NCBI GenBank assembly: GCA_052390155.1
Contig: JBQTHF010000034.1
Reading direction: 5' to 3' (one strand)
From: Actinokineospora sp.
Lineage (GTDB): Bacteria > Actinomycetota > Actinomycetes > Mycobacteriales > Pseudonocardiaceae
Length of the DNA: 64,000 bases
Part shown: piece after piece, positions 19,777-30,443 of the stretch
Numbering within the stretch: the stretch's first letter is position 1
Layout: each line of letters opens with the position of its first letter
Position numbers and translations under genes: made by a program
Notes under the pieces: model-generated
The model's database searches: none
Seen by the model: the letters and a program-made list of their open reading frames with translations, nothing else
Told to the model about the DNA's origin: nothing

Positions 19777-20328
19777 GTGAACTATCCGTACTCGCCGTAC
19801 TACGGTCAGCCGCCGTATCAGCCATACTGGGGTCCGAAACCGCCGTCGCGGGCGATGGCCGCGGTGGCCGCGCTCGTGTTCTTCGCCTGCTGCCTGCTCA
19901 TGTTCATGATCGTCGTGGTCGGATGGTCGCTGGAGGAGGTCGGCAGCGGGCACGTGCCGAACAACCCGCAGTTCCTCACCGCCGCCGTCGGCATCCAGCT
20001 CGTGGACCACGTCGGCCCGGTCTGGCAGGCGCCGCGCGTGCTCACGGCGGTGGTCGGGGTGTTCGCGCTGCTGCTGGCACCGACGCTGGCGGCCGGTTTC
20101 GACGCCGGGCGGGTGCTGCTCGGCATCCTCGGCGCGACGATGACCGCGTACTACGGGTACATGCTGGTCTACCTGTTGACACAGAACGGTTTCCGGGTCA
20201 GCGGGATCGTCATCCTGGCCCTGGGGCTCTGGCTGATCGCGTTCGTCTTCTGCTGTCTGCCGCCGGTCGGCCGCGGGATGCTCAGCTACCGCAGGCGGTT
20301 CGCCGCGTATGTCGGCGGCTACCGATAG
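19777..20328 (+). CDS. membrane protein with Pro/Tyr-rich N-terminus
   Basis: VNYPYSPYYGQPPYQPYWGP followed by four hydrophobic helices. GTG 19777 sits behind GAGGGGGAGA. Confidence 0.55.
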   Translation: MNYPYSPYYGQPPYQPYWGPKPPSRAMAAVAALVFFACCLLMFMIVVVGWSLEEVGSGHVPNNPQFLTAAVGIQLVDHVGPVWQAPRVLTAVVGVFALLLAPTLAAGFDAGRVLLGILGATMTAYYGYMLVYLLTQNGFRVSGIVILALGLWLIAFVFCCLPPVGRGMLSYRRRFAAYVGGYR

Positions 20329-20337
20329 GTTCGAGTC

Positions 20338-21312
20338 GTGCGTGTTGGCATCGTGATCCTCCCCGAGCACCGCTGGTGGGCAGCCGAGCCGCGGTGGCGC
20401 GGCGCGGAGACATACGGCTTCGACCACGTCTGGACCTACGACCACCTCGGCTGGCGCACGCTGGTCGACGGTCCGTGGTTCGACGCGGTCCCCACCCTGA
20501 CCGCCGCCGCGATGGTCACCTCGACCATCCGGCTCGGCACCTTCGTGGTCTCGCCCCACTTCCGCCACCCGGTCCCGTTCGCCCGGCAGCTCCTGGCCCT
20601 GGACGACATCTCCGACGGCCGGTTCATGCTCGGCCTCGGCTCCGGCGCGAGCGGCGCGGGCGGCTACGACCGGACGGTCATGGGCGGCCCCGAGGTGACG
20701 CCAAGACAGGTGTCCGACCGGTTCGCCGAGTTCGTCGAGCTGACCGACTCGCTGCTGGTCAGACCCAGGACGGACCACTCCGGCGAGTACTACCAGGCCG
20801 TCGCCGCCCGCAACGCGCCCGGCTGTGTGCAGCGGCCCCGGCTGCCGTTCCTGGTCGCGGCCAACGGGCCGAAGGCGATGCGGGTGGCCGCCCGGTTCGG
20901 CCAGGGTTGGGTCACCACCGGTCGCCCGGGCGCCGACAGCGTGGCCGCGTGGTGGCGCAACGTCGCCGAGTGCGCCGACCGGTTCGACGAGGTGCTCGCC
21001 GCGCACGGCCGCGACCGGTCCACCGTCGACCGGTATGTCAGCGTCGACGCGTCGCCGCTGTTCGCGCTGGAAAGCGTCGGGGCGTTCCGGGAACACCTCG
21101 GCCGGGCGGCGGAACTGGGCTTCACCGACGTGGTCACGCACTGGCCCCGCGCCGACGGCCCGTACGCGGGCCGCGAGACCGTGCTGGAGGAGGTCGCCGC
21201 CGACGTGCTGCCGCTGCTCGGCGGCCGGGCGAGCAGGAAAACGGGTGCCGAGGGCAACGCGGGCCCGGGCCCGCGCGTCCATGACAGTGAGGCAGGCAAG
21301 TCGGAGGGATGA
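20338..21312 (+). CDS. luciferase-like monooxygenase (LLM class, probably F420-dependent oxidoreductase)
   Basis: 324 aa with GFDHVWTYDHL, RLGTFVVSP and GRFMLGLGSG, typical of the LLM family. Confidence 0.75.
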   Translation: MRVGIVILPEHRWWAAEPRWRGAETYGFDHVWTYDHLGWRTLVDGPWFDAVPTLTAAAMVTSTIRLGTFVVSPHFRHPVPFARQLLALDDISDGRFMLGLGSGASGAGGYDRTVMGGPEVTPRQVSDRFAEFVELTDSLLVRPRTDHSGEYYQAVAARNAPGCVQRPRLPFLVAANGPKAMRVAARFGQGWVTTGRPGADSVAAWWRNVAECADRFDEVLAAHGRDRSTVDRYVSVDASPLFALESVGAFREHLGRAAELGFTDVVTHWPRADGPYAGRETVLEEVAADVLPLLGGRASRKTGAEGNAGPGPRVHDSEAGKSEG

Positions 21313-22614
<1,302 letters not shown>

Positions 22615-22631
22615 AAACGCCGGACCCCCCG

Positions 22632-23198
22632 ATGGAGATTGTGCATCGGGGGGACTATCGGCGACCTGGAGGTAGGCACGTGGACCGCAGCCCATCCGTC
22701 CTGGGGCGGGAGACCGCCGCGTTGAGCCGGGTGCAGGGCGCCATCGGCACACCCGCGGTGGTGACGGCGGCCCGCGGGCTGTCCCTGTTCGGTGAGCACA
22801 GCGCGGGCTGGCTCGCGCTCGGCCTGATCGGCGCCGCGCTCGACCGGCGCAGGCGCCGCGACTGGCTGGCCGCCTCGGCGGGTGTGGTCGCCGCGCACGC
22901 CGCGTCGATCGCGGTGAAGCGGGTCGTGCGCCGGCCGCGGCCGGACGATCCAGGGGTGCGGGTGCTCGTCGGCACGCCGAGCAAGCTCAGCTTCCCGTCG
23001 GCGCACGCCACGTCCACCACCGCCGCGGCGGTGCTGTTCTCCGCGCTCACCGGGCGCAGGCTCGTGCCCGTGCTGGTCCCGCCGATGCTGGTCTCGCGGC
23101 TGGTGCTCGGCGTGCACTACCCGAGCGACGTGCTCGCGGGCTCCGTCCTGGGCGCCGCGGTCGGCGCGCTGGTGCGGCGCGGACTGGGCCGCCGGTGA
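22632..23198 (+). CDS. PAP2-family phosphatase (decaprenylphosphoryl-5-phosphoribose phosphatase-like, Rv3807c type)
   Basis: KRVVRRPRP, SFPSAHA and VLGVHYPSDVLAG (PAP2 motifs). It lies between glf and ubiA, as in mycobacteria. The start is uncertain (22632 or 22680). Confidence 0.8.
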   Translation: MEIVHRGDYRRPGGRHVDRSPSVLGRETAALSRVQGAIGTPAVVTAARGLSLFGEHSAGWLALGLIGAALDRRRRRDWLAASAGVVAAHAASIAVKRVVRRPRPDDPGVRVLVGTPSKLSFPSAHATSTTAAAVLFSALTGRRLVPVLVPPMLVSRLVLGVHYPSDVLAGSVLGAAVGALVRRGLGRR

Positions 23199-24100
23199 GC
23201 GCCGAGGCGACGACGGTCGCGGGCAGGCCGAACCTGCTCGGCGGCCTGGTCCGCACAGCGCGGCCGCGGCAGTGGGTCAAGAACGTCCTGGTCGTCGCCG
23301 CCCCGTTCGCCGCGAACCGGATCTTCGAGCGCACCGTGCTGATCGACGCCGCGATCGCGTTCGTCGCGTTCTGCCTGGTCTCCTCGGCGGTGTACCTGGT
23401 CAACGACGCGGTGGACGTGGCGGCCGACCGCGAGCACCCGACCAAGCGCAACCGACCCATCGCGGCCGGGATCGTGCCGGTGCCGCTGGCCTACGCCGTC
23501 GCTGGCGCGCTGTTCGTGGCCGCACTCGCGATCGGCCTGCTGTCCGGGTGGCCGCTGGTCATCGTGCTCGCGGTGTACGCGGCGGTGCAGATGGGCTACT
23601 GCTTCGGCCTCAAGCACCAGCCGGTCATCGACCTGTGCATCGTCGCGTCCGGGTTCCTGCTGCGCTCCATCGCGGGCGGCGTCGCGGCGGGAATCCCGCT
23701 GTCGCAGTGGTTCCTGCTGGTCACGGCGTTCGGCTCGCTGTTCATGGTGTCCGGCAAGCGGTACGCCGAGATCATCCTGTACGAGCGGACCGGGGCCAAG
23801 ATCCGCGCGTCGCTGGCGAAGTACTCCTCGACCTACCTGCGGTTCGTGTGGGCAACCTCGGCCGCGATCATGATCACCACGTACTCGCTGTGGGCGTTCG
23901 AGATCCGCGAGGTCAGCCCGAACAACTCGGTGTGGGCGGTCATCTCGATCGTGCCGTTCGTCATCGCCGTCCTGCGCTACGCGGTCGACGTGGACGAGGG
24001 CGGGGCGGGTGAGCCGGAGGACATCGCCCTCAAGGACCGCGTCCTGCAGATCCTCGGCGCCGCCTGGCTCGCGTGCCTGGCGCTGTCGGTGTACCTCTAG
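23195..24100 (+). CDS. ubiA: decaprenyl-phosphate phosphoribosyltransferase (UbiA family)
   Basis: GTG overlaps the PAP2 stop (GTGA). RPRQWVKNVLV and YLVNDAVDVAADREHPTKRNRPIA (prenyltransferase Asp-rich motif), with about 8 TM helices. Confidence 0.9.
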   Translation: MSAEATTVAGRPNLLGGLVRTARPRQWVKNVLVVAAPFAANRIFERTVLIDAAIAFVAFCLVSSAVYLVNDAVDVAADREHPTKRNRPIAAGIVPVPLAYAVAGALFVAALAIGLLSGWPLVIVLAVYAAVQMGYCFGLKHQPVIDLCIVASGFLLRSIAGGVAAGIPLSQWFLLVTAFGSLFMVSGKRYAEIILYERTGAKIRASLAKYSSTYLRFVWATSAAIMITTYSLWAFEIREVSPNNSVWAVISIVPFVIAVLRYAVDVDEGGAGEPEDIALKDRVLQILGAAWLACLALSVYL

Positions 24101-24852
24101 ATCGGCAGCTTGCGGAACAGTGGGCGCGGCACGTGCCGTAGCACCGACATGACGGCTCGCCATGGCGCTGGCGCCCACACCAGGTCCTTGCGGCCGCGCA
24201 CGGCGTCGACCACGATCTCGGCGACCTTGTCCGGGGTGGTGGCCAGCGGCGCGGGCTTGAGCCCCGCGGTCATCTTGGTGTGCACGAAACCGGGCCGCAC
24301 CACGGTGACGTGGACGCCCTCGGGCCGCAGCGCCTCGCCGAGGCCGAGGTAGAACCCGTCGAAGCCCGCCTTGGTGGAGCCGTAGACGAAGTTCGACCGG
24401 CGCACCCGCTCACCGGCCACAGAGGACAGTGCGACCAGCGCCCCGTGGCCCTGCTTACGCAGCCGCTCGGCCAACGCAATGCCCAGTGACACGGGAGCGA
24501 GGTAGTTAACCTTGGCCAGTTCCACCCCGGCCGCGTGATCCTGCCAGAGCTGCTCGGCGTCACCCAGGAGTCCGAACGCGACGATCGTGACGTCCACGTC
24601 ACCCTCGGCGAACGCGTCCGCGACCACCTTCGGGTGGGACTCGATGTCCTTGGCCTCGAAGGGAATCGTGCGCACGGTCGCGCCCAGCGCGCGCAGGCCC
24701 TCCGCCGCCGCGTCGAGCCGGGTCGACGGGCGGGCGGCGAGGGTCACCGTGAGCGACCCCTGCCGCGCGTACCTCGCCGCGATGGCGAGGCCGATCTCGG
24801 AGGTTCCGCCGAGCAGGAGCAGGGACTGCGGGGTGCCGACTGCGTTGATCAA
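24097..24852 (-). CDS. dprE2: decaprenylphospho-D-erythro-pentofuranosid-2-ulose 2-reductase
   Basis: LLLGGTSEIGLAI, AFGLLGDAE, NFVYGSTKAGFDGFYLGLGEAL, VRPGFV and the C-terminus VLRHVPRPLFRKLPI, as in Rv3791. The probable start is TTG 24852 (251 aa). Confidence 0.9.
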   Translation of the reverse strand: MINAVGTPQSLLLLGGTSEIGLAIAARYARQGSLTVTLAARPSTRLDAAAEGLRALGATVRTIPFEAKDIESHPKVVADAFAEGDVDVTIVAFGLLGDAEQLWQDHAAGVELAKVNYLAPVSLGIALAERLRKQGHGALVALSSVAGERVRRSNFVYGSTKAGFDGFYLGLGEALRPEGVHVTVVRPGFVHTKMTAGLKPAPLATTPDKVAEIVVDAVRGRKDLVWAPAPWRAVMSVLRHVPRPLFRKLPI

Positions 24853-24967
24853 AGTCCGAGCCTTCGCGATTGGTCCGAGGTGAACGCCGGACCCAGGGTA
24901 GCGTCGGCCCGCCGCGCTCCTAGACTTGTCCCGGCCGTCGGGGTCAACAGGGGACGGGACATCGCAC

Positions 24968-25384
24968 GTGGCCGAGGTCGGGAACGACACCCAGCGCACC
25001 GGGCTGGTCCACCAGCTTCTGCGGTTCGTGATGGTCGGCGGATTCTGCGCGCTGGTCGACTCGGGCACCTATTGGCTGCTGCTGCAAGCAGACCTGTGGG
25101 TGCACCTGGCCAAGGCGCTGAGCTTCATCGCGGGCACGACAACGGCGTACTTCCTCAACAAGCGCTTCACCTTCGTCGGCGCCCGGGATCGCGGCGCCGC
25201 GCAGGCAGGCGGCTTCGCGCTGCTCTACACGGTGACGTTCTTCGTCAACGTCGGCACCAACGCGCTGATGCTGCACCTGCTGCCGGAGATCCGCTGGGAG
25301 TACGCCGTGGCGTGGGTGGTCGCGCAGGGGCTCGGCACGGTCATCAACTTCGTGATGCTGCGCACCGTGGTGTTCCGGCACTGA
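24968..25384 (+). CDS. GtrA-family membrane protein (Rv3789-like)
   Basis: LLRFVMVGGFCALVDSGTYWLL and FLNKRFTF (GtrA signature), with four TM helices. The start is GTG 24968 or ATG 24926. Confidence 0.8.
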   Translation: MAEVGNDTQRTGLVHQLLRFVMVGGFCALVDSGTYWLLLQADLWVHLAKALSFIAGTTTAYFLNKRFTFVGARDRGAAQAGGFALLYTVTFFVNVGTNALMLHLLPEIRWEYAVAWVVAQGLGTVINFVMLRTVVFRH

Positions 25385-25394
25385 TCCCCGGGTG

Positions 25395-25661
25395 TTACGT
25401 GCCGAAGCCGGTGCGCTTGTTGGGGCTGCCGTAGACGCGGACATGTGCGGGCAGGTCGTCCAGGTGCGCGGTGACGACGTGGCCGAAGTTCACCGCGACG
25501 GTGGTGCCGTCCTCCAGTTCCGGGGTGTCGACCCCGCCGGAGGTCAGCAGCACGGGCAGCCGCGGCGCCAGGCTCTTGGCGCTCTTGGCGGACAGCGCGA
25601 ACACCAGCGGCTCACCCCCGCTCGCCAGGTGCAGGATCAGGGCGTGCCTCGAATCGCTCAT
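25395..25661 (-). CDS. hypothetical small protein
   Basis: 88 aa from ATG 25661 (MSDSRHALILHLASGGEPLVFAL...). GC3-rich, no recognised domain. Confidence 0.45.
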   Translation of the reverse strand: MSDSRHALILHLASGGEPLVFALSAKSAKSLAPRLPVLLTSGGVDTPELEDGTTVAVNFGHVVTAHLDDLPAHVRVYGSPNKRTGFGT

Positions 25662-25746
25662 GTCCTGACTGGACCATTGCGAACCCTTGTCCCGCAAGCG
25701 AAGTTCGCCGACAGCAGATCCGCTGAGGGTGGACACGGGAGCTCGA

Positions 25747-26133
25747 TCAGACCCCGAGCGTGGTCAGCCGGACGAACTGCGGCTCGTCTGGCGCCGGTCG
25801 CTCGCCCGCGCAGGACACCGGCAGCGGACGGGGTCGACGGGGCACCCGCGCGCCGGAACCACCGCCACGACCCGGGTACACCAGCAGGCCGCTCAGGGAG
25901 TCGGGCACCGCATCGAGGACCGCGGTCACCGCGGGCAGCCCGCAGAAGCGGTCACGTGCTTCGTCGTCGGTGAATTCCAGCTCGATGACGACTCCCCAGC
26001 GGTGCTCGTGCCACTGCCACCGCAGCGCCCCGTTGGTTATCGCCGCTTCGGTGAGGTGGTCGCCGTGCGCGCGCCGCCAAGCGCTCGCCGGGAACTCGCC
26101 GTCGAGGACTTCGATGGACAGCCAGTGGTCCAT
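25747..26133 (-). CDS. hypothetical protein
   Basis: 128 aa from ATG 26133 (MDHWLSIEVLDGEFPASAW...). No recognised domain. Confidence 0.45.
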   Translation of the reverse strand: MDHWLSIEVLDGEFPASAWRRAHGDHLTEAAITNGALRWQWHEHRWGVVIELEFTDDEARDRFCGLPAVTAVLDAVPDSLSGLLVYPGRGGGSGARVPRRPRPLPVSCAGERPAPDEPQFVRLTTLGV

Positions 26134-26175
26134 ATGTCGAGCGTACGCCGGAGGCCGCCCGACGACCATGAGCGA

Positions 26176-27078
26176 TCAGTGTCGGAAGAAGCGTTCCTGC
26201 CTGCCCTTGCGAACCAGCTTGAGCCACTCCAGGAACGCCTTCGGGTCGCGCTTGGTGCCCAGGAAGTACAGCCCGAACCGGACCAGCTCCAGCAGGCCGA
26301 TCTTGCGCATGCCGGGCTGCGACATCAGGTATCCGCGGTTGCGGTAGGTGTAGTAGCGCTTGACCTCGTTCTCCGGGTCCTGCGCGTGCAGCCTGCCGCC
26401 GAGCATCGGCTTGAACTCGTCCGAGCCGTCCGGGTGCAGGTAGGCCGCGCGCAGGCAGGTGCCGAACGGCAGGCCCGAGCGCACCAGGCGGCGGTGGATC
26501 TCCACCTCGTCGCCGCGGAAGAACAGCCGGTAGTCCGGCACGCCGACGACGTCGAGGGTGGCCGCGCGGAACAGGGCGCCGTTGAACAGCGACGCGATGC
26601 CGGGCAGGAAATCCGTGCCCAGTTCGTCGGCGCTGCGCTTCCAGGTGAGGCCGCGGCGCAGCGGGAACGCGAGCTTCTCCGGGGCGTCGATGTTCGTCAC
26701 GACCGGCGACACCTCGGCCAGGCCGCGCTTGTCGGCGACGTCGAGCAGGGTGGCGAGCACGGTCTCGTCGGCCGGACGCCCGTCGTCGTCGGCCAGCCAG
26801 ACCCAGTCGGCGCCGAGGGCCAGGGCGTGCAGCATGCCGAGCGCGAAGCCGCCCGCGCCGCCGAGGTTGCGGTGCGAGACCAGGTAGGTCGAGGGCAGCG
26901 GGCAGGACTCGACAATGTCGCGGGCCGGGTCGTCGGGACCGTTGTCGACCACGATCAGATGCTCGGGCGCCCGGGTCTGCGCCCCGATCATCTTCAGCGA
27001 GTCGGCGAGCAGCGCCCGGCGGTGCCTGGTGACCACCACGGCCACGACCGAACCCGGCGGTAGCGCCACAGTGTTCAT
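26176..27078 (-). CDS. glfT1: galactofuranosyltransferase GlfT1 (GT2)
   Basis: 300 aa: VVAVVVTRHRR, LIVVDNGPDD, NLGGAGGF, WLADDDGRP, YTYRNRGYL. Its ATG overlaps the wzt stop. It has the same neighbourhood as Rv3782. Confidence 0.88.
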   Translation of the reverse strand: MNTVALPPGSVVAVVVTRHRRALLADSLKMIGAQTRAPEHLIVVDNGPDDPARDIVESCPLPSTYLVSHRNLGGAGGFALGMLHALALGADWVWLADDDGRPADETVLATLLDVADKRGLAEVSPVVTNIDAPEKLAFPLRRGLTWKRSADELGTDFLPGIASLFNGALFRAATLDVVGVPDYRLFFRGDEVEIHRRLVRSGLPFGTCLRAAYLHPDGSDEFKPMLGGRLHAQDPENEVKRYYTYRNRGYLMSQPGMRKIGLLELVRFGLYFLGTKRDPKAFLEWLKLVRKGRQERFFRH

Positions 27079-27881
27079 CGGACCTCGCCGAGCCTTTCGA
27101 GGGTGGCCTGGGTCATGTGCTCGAACGGGTCGTGGCCCTTGTAGGCCGTCAGGACCTCGCGCAGCGTGCCGTGCATCTTGACGCGGCCCTCGTCCATCCA
27201 GATCGCGGTGTTGCACAGCTCGAACAGCAGCTCGTCGGAGTGCGAGGCGAACACCAGCATGCCGGAGCGGCGCACCAGGTCGACCAGCCGGTCGCGGGCC
27301 TTGGCCATGAACGCCGCGTCGACCGCGCCGATGCCCTCGTCCAGCAGCAGGATCTCCGGGTCGATCGAGGTGACCACGCCCAGCGCCAGCCGCACCCGCA
27401 TGCCGGTCGAGTAGGTGCGCAGCGGCAGGTGCAGGTAGTCGCCCAGTTCGGTGAAGGTGGAGATGTCCTCGACCCGCTGCTCCATCTGCTTGCGCGACAT
27501 GCCCAGGAACAGGCCGCGGATCATGATGTTCTCCAGGCCGGAGATCTCCGGGTCCATGCCGACCGCGAGGTCGAAGACCGGCGCGATCTTGCCGTTGATC
27601 TCCGAGGTGCCCCGGGTGGGCTCGTAGATGCCCGACAGCAGGCGCAGCAGGGTGGACTTGCCCGCGCCGTTGTGCCCGACCAGGGCGACCCGGTCGCCCT
27701 CGTTGAGCGAGAGCGTGATGTCGTGCAGCGCCTCGATGATCGGCACCCGGGCGTCGGTGCCGATCTTGCCGCCGACCTTGCCCAGCACGGCCTTCTTCAG
27801 CGAGCGGGTCTTGGCGTCGAAGATGGGGAAGTCGACGGAGGCGTTGCGCACCTCGATGTTGACCATGTTCGGATGCCTCAC
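27075..27881 (-). CDS. wzt: polysaccharide ABC exporter ATP-binding protein (Wzt/RfbE type)
   Basis: Walker A GHNGAGKST, signature YSTGM and Walker B LLLDEG. 268 aa. Confidence 0.92.
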   Translation of the reverse strand: MRHPNMVNIEVRNASVDFPIFDAKTRSLKKAVLGKVGGKIGTDARVPIIEALHDITLSLNEGDRVALVGHNGAGKSTLLRLLSGIYEPTRGTSEINGKIAPVFDLAVGMDPEISGLENIMIRGLFLGMSRKQMEQRVEDISTFTELGDYLHLPLRTYSTGMRVRLALGVVTSIDPEILLLDEGIGAVDAAFMAKARDRLVDLVRRSGMLVFASHSDELLFELCNTAIWMDEGRVKMHGTLREVLTAYKGHDPFEHMTQATLERLGEVR

Positions 27882-28799
27882 TCAGACCCAGTAGGAAACA
27901 CGCGCACGGTAGTTGCGCATGGCGAGCAGCGTCAGGCCCCAGCCCGCGACGGTGAACCCGCCGACGACGGCCCAGTGGTGCCAGCTCTGTTCGCTGCCGA
28001 TCAGCGGCGCCCGCAGGATCTGGATGAAGTGGTAGACGGGGTTGAGTTCGGCCACCAGCACCTGCCAGTTGCCCAGGTCCTCGCCGAATTTCTTGGTCAG
28101 CACGTCCACCGGCCACACGATCGGCGTCATGAAGAACAGCAATTGCGTGAGCGCGCCGATGACCTGGGGGATGTCGCGGTAGCGGGTGCTGATGATGCCG
28201 AACAGCAGCGCCACCCACATGCCGTTGAACGCGATCAGCGCGAACGCCGGGATGGCCAGCACGATGGTCCAGCCCAGTCCGGGTTGCGGGACGCCGCCCT
28301 CGCTGAGGGTGTAGCCGACCGTGTTCAGGTCGCTGAAGAAGATGACCAGCACGACCGCGTAGACCAGCAGGTTGTGCGCGAACATCAGGGTCAGCCGCCA
28401 CACCGTGCGCAGCGCGTACACCGTCAGCGGCGCGGGCAGGTGCTTGATCAGGCCCTCGTTGGAGATGAACGTGTCGGCGCCCTCGGTGAGGCAGCCGACC
28501 ATGAAGTTCCAGACGATGAACCCGACCGTGAGGTACGGCAGGAACGTGCCGATGGGCGTGTCGAAGAGTTGCGAGTACAGCAGGCCGAGACCGGCCGCCG
28601 TGACTGCCATGCTCAGCGTGATCCACAGGGGGCCGATCACCGAGCGGCGGTAGCGCTGCTTGATGTCCTGCCAGCCGAGATGCCCCCACAGCTCACGTTG
28701 CGCGAAGCCGGTGCGGAGGTCGGCGACCGCACGACTCAGACTGCGCCCCGCGTGGACCACGGGCACGGGCATCTCCTCGATCGCGCTGGTTGCTTGCAC
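27882..28799 (-). CDS. wzm: ABC-2 type polysaccharide exporter permease (Wzm/RfbD type)
   Basis: Six hydrophobic helices. The N-terminal segment ELWGHLGWQDIKQRYRRSVIGPLW is typical of ABC-2 permeases. The start is 28799 (GTG) or 28772 (ATG). Confidence 0.88.
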   Translation of the reverse strand: MQATSAIEEMPVPVVHAGRSLSRAVADLRTGFAQRELWGHLGWQDIKQRYRRSVIGPLWITLSMAVTAAGLGLLYSQLFDTPIGTFLPYLTVGFIVWNFMVGCLTEGADTFISNEGLIKHLPAPLTVYALRTVWRLTLMFAHNLLVYAVVLVIFFSDLNTVGYTLSEGGVPQPGLGWTIVLAIPAFALIAFNGMWVALLFGIISTRYRDIPQVIGALTQLLFFMTPIVWPVDVLTKKFGEDLGNWQVLVAELNPVYHFIQILRAPLIGSEQSWHHWAVVGGFTVAGWGLTLLAMRNYRARVSYWV

Positions 28800-28844
28800 G
28801 GGGTACCAGAGTACCGGCGGCGACTATGCCCGTCGGGCACGGGC

Positions 28845-29675
28845 TCACACGTCGGTGATGCGCACAACCACCTGTTCGTTGAGGTGCGTGTACGCCTCGT
28901 ACTGGGCCTTGGTGCTGCCCTGGGCGAGGTATTCCTGCCACGCCTTGAACTCGTGCTCGCGCCAGCCGGGGTAGTTGAAGAACTCGTCGAACACCACGAT
29001 GCTGCCGACCCGCAGCCGCGGCCCGACCAGCTCCAGCACGGTCCTGGCCGAGCTGTAGAGGTCGCCGTCGATGTGCAGCAGGTCGACCGGCTCGGGGTGG
29101 GCGGCCAGGAAGTCGGGCAGGGTGTCGGCGAACCAGCCGACCACCAGCTCGGCGCCGGGCACGTCGGGGAGTCCGTCGACCTGGAAGGTGCCCGCCGGGA
29201 AGCCGAGCCGCCAGTCGTCCGGCAGGCCCTCGAACGAGTCGAACCCGTAGACGCCCTCGCCGCCGCGCGCCGCCGAGATGATCTTCAGCGTGGTGCCGGT
29301 GAAGACGCCGAACTCCAGCGCCAGCCCGCCCTCCGGGGCGATCGACAGGCCGTATTCCAGGGTCTGGTGCGGGTGCGGGAAGTGCCTGGCCGTGGACATG
29401 TACCGCGCGGCGAAGTCACCCGCGTCCGCCGCCGCCTCCCGCTCCGCGCCGAACACGATGTCCCGGTGCGCGCGCTCCTCGGCCTCCCGCAGGTAGTCCG
29501 ACTGGTCGTGCAACTGCCTGCGGATCTCGGCCAGCTCGTGGCGCATCGCGTCGAGTTCGCGGGACTGTTCGCCACGGTGTCGGGCGACCACCTCGTCGAC
29601 CGCGCGCATGAGCTTGTCGCGCACCGATCGCTTGAGTCGGTCGGTCCGCAGCGCTCCGCGCACCTTGTCGAGCAT
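28845..29675 (-). CDS. class I SAM-dependent methyltransferase (TylF/MycF-like fold)
   Basis: EFGVFTGTTL, GFDSFEGLP, LLHIDGDLYSS and VFDEFFNYPGW motifs behind a coiled-coil N-terminus. Confidence 0.7.
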   Translation of the reverse strand: MLDKVRGALRTDRLKRSVRDKLMRAVDEVVARHRGEQSRELDAMRHELAEIRRQLHDQSDYLREAEERAHRDIVFGAEREAAADAGDFAARYMSTARHFPHPHQTLEYGLSIAPEGGLALEFGVFTGTTLKIISAARGGEGVYGFDSFEGLPDDWRLGFPAGTFQVDGLPDVPGAELVVGWFADTLPDFLAAHPEPVDLLHIDGDLYSSARTVLELVGPRLRVGSIVVFDEFFNYPGWREHEFKAWQEYLAQGSTKAQYEAYTHLNEQVVVRITDV

Positions 29676-29742
29676 GCCCAGCTCCTCTCGCGATCAGGTC
29701 AGCGCAGGATACGGGCACGACCGTGCGCGGGCGTAACGAGCG

Positions 29743-30306
29743 TCACAGGTACTGGCCGGTCCCGCGGATGTGCGGGCCCTCGGGGCCCTCGGGCTGACCG
29801 ACGCCCGGCGGCAGCCCGCGGCGCATCTGCTCAAGCTGGACCCTGGCGGCCATCTGCTGGGCGAACAGCGCGGTCTGGATGCCGTGGAACAGGCCTTCCA
29901 GCCAGCCGACGAGTTGGGCCTGCGCGATGCGCAGCTCCGCGTCGGACGGCGTGGTCTCCTCGGTGAACGGCAGCGACAGTCGCTCCAGCTCCTCGCGCAA
30001 CTCCGGGGCCAGCCCGTCCTCCAGTTCGGCGATGGAGCGCTTGTGGATCTCGCGGAGCCGGTTGCGGCTGGCCTCGTCCAGCGGTGCCGCGCGCACCTCC
30101 TCCAGCAACTGCTTGATCATGGTGCCGATCCGCATGACCTTCGCGGGCTGCTCGACCATGTCGCTGACCGACTCGGCTGGGCCGTCGCCCGCGCCGGGGA
30201 TGCGCGCCGCACCGAGCGGAGAGCCGTCCGGCCCCACGATCATCACGTGGTTGGCCTGCTCGGCGGCCTCGTCGGTGCGGTCGGGACCGTGCATGGGTTG
30301 GCTCAT
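29743..30306 (-). CDS. bpa: bacterial proteasome activator Bpa/PafE
   Basis: The C-terminal GQYL motif docks on the 20S proteasome. There is a helical core (MIKQLLEEVR...), and the gene is adjacent to wzt/glfT1, as Rv3780 is. ATG 30306 gives 187 aa. Confidence 0.85.
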   Translation of the reverse strand: MSQPMHGPDRTDEAAEQANHVMIVGPDGSPLGAARIPGAGDGPAESVSDMVEQPAKVMRIGTMIKQLLEEVRAAPLDEASRNRLREIHKRSIAELEDGLAPELREELERLSLPFTEETTPSDAELRIAQAQLVGWLEGLFHGIQTALFAQQMAARVQLEQMRRGLPPGVGQPEGPEGPHIRGTGQYL

Positions 30307-30443
30307 CTGTTCCGTCCTGGGCCAGGTCTGGATCCGATCGAAGGGTGTCCCCCAAGGGGACTCCGCCGAAGTCACCTGTGCGAGGGTAGTCGCCTCGCCG
30401 CCCCACGGACCGACGGCCGCCGGACGTGCGTACGGTGTGCCGC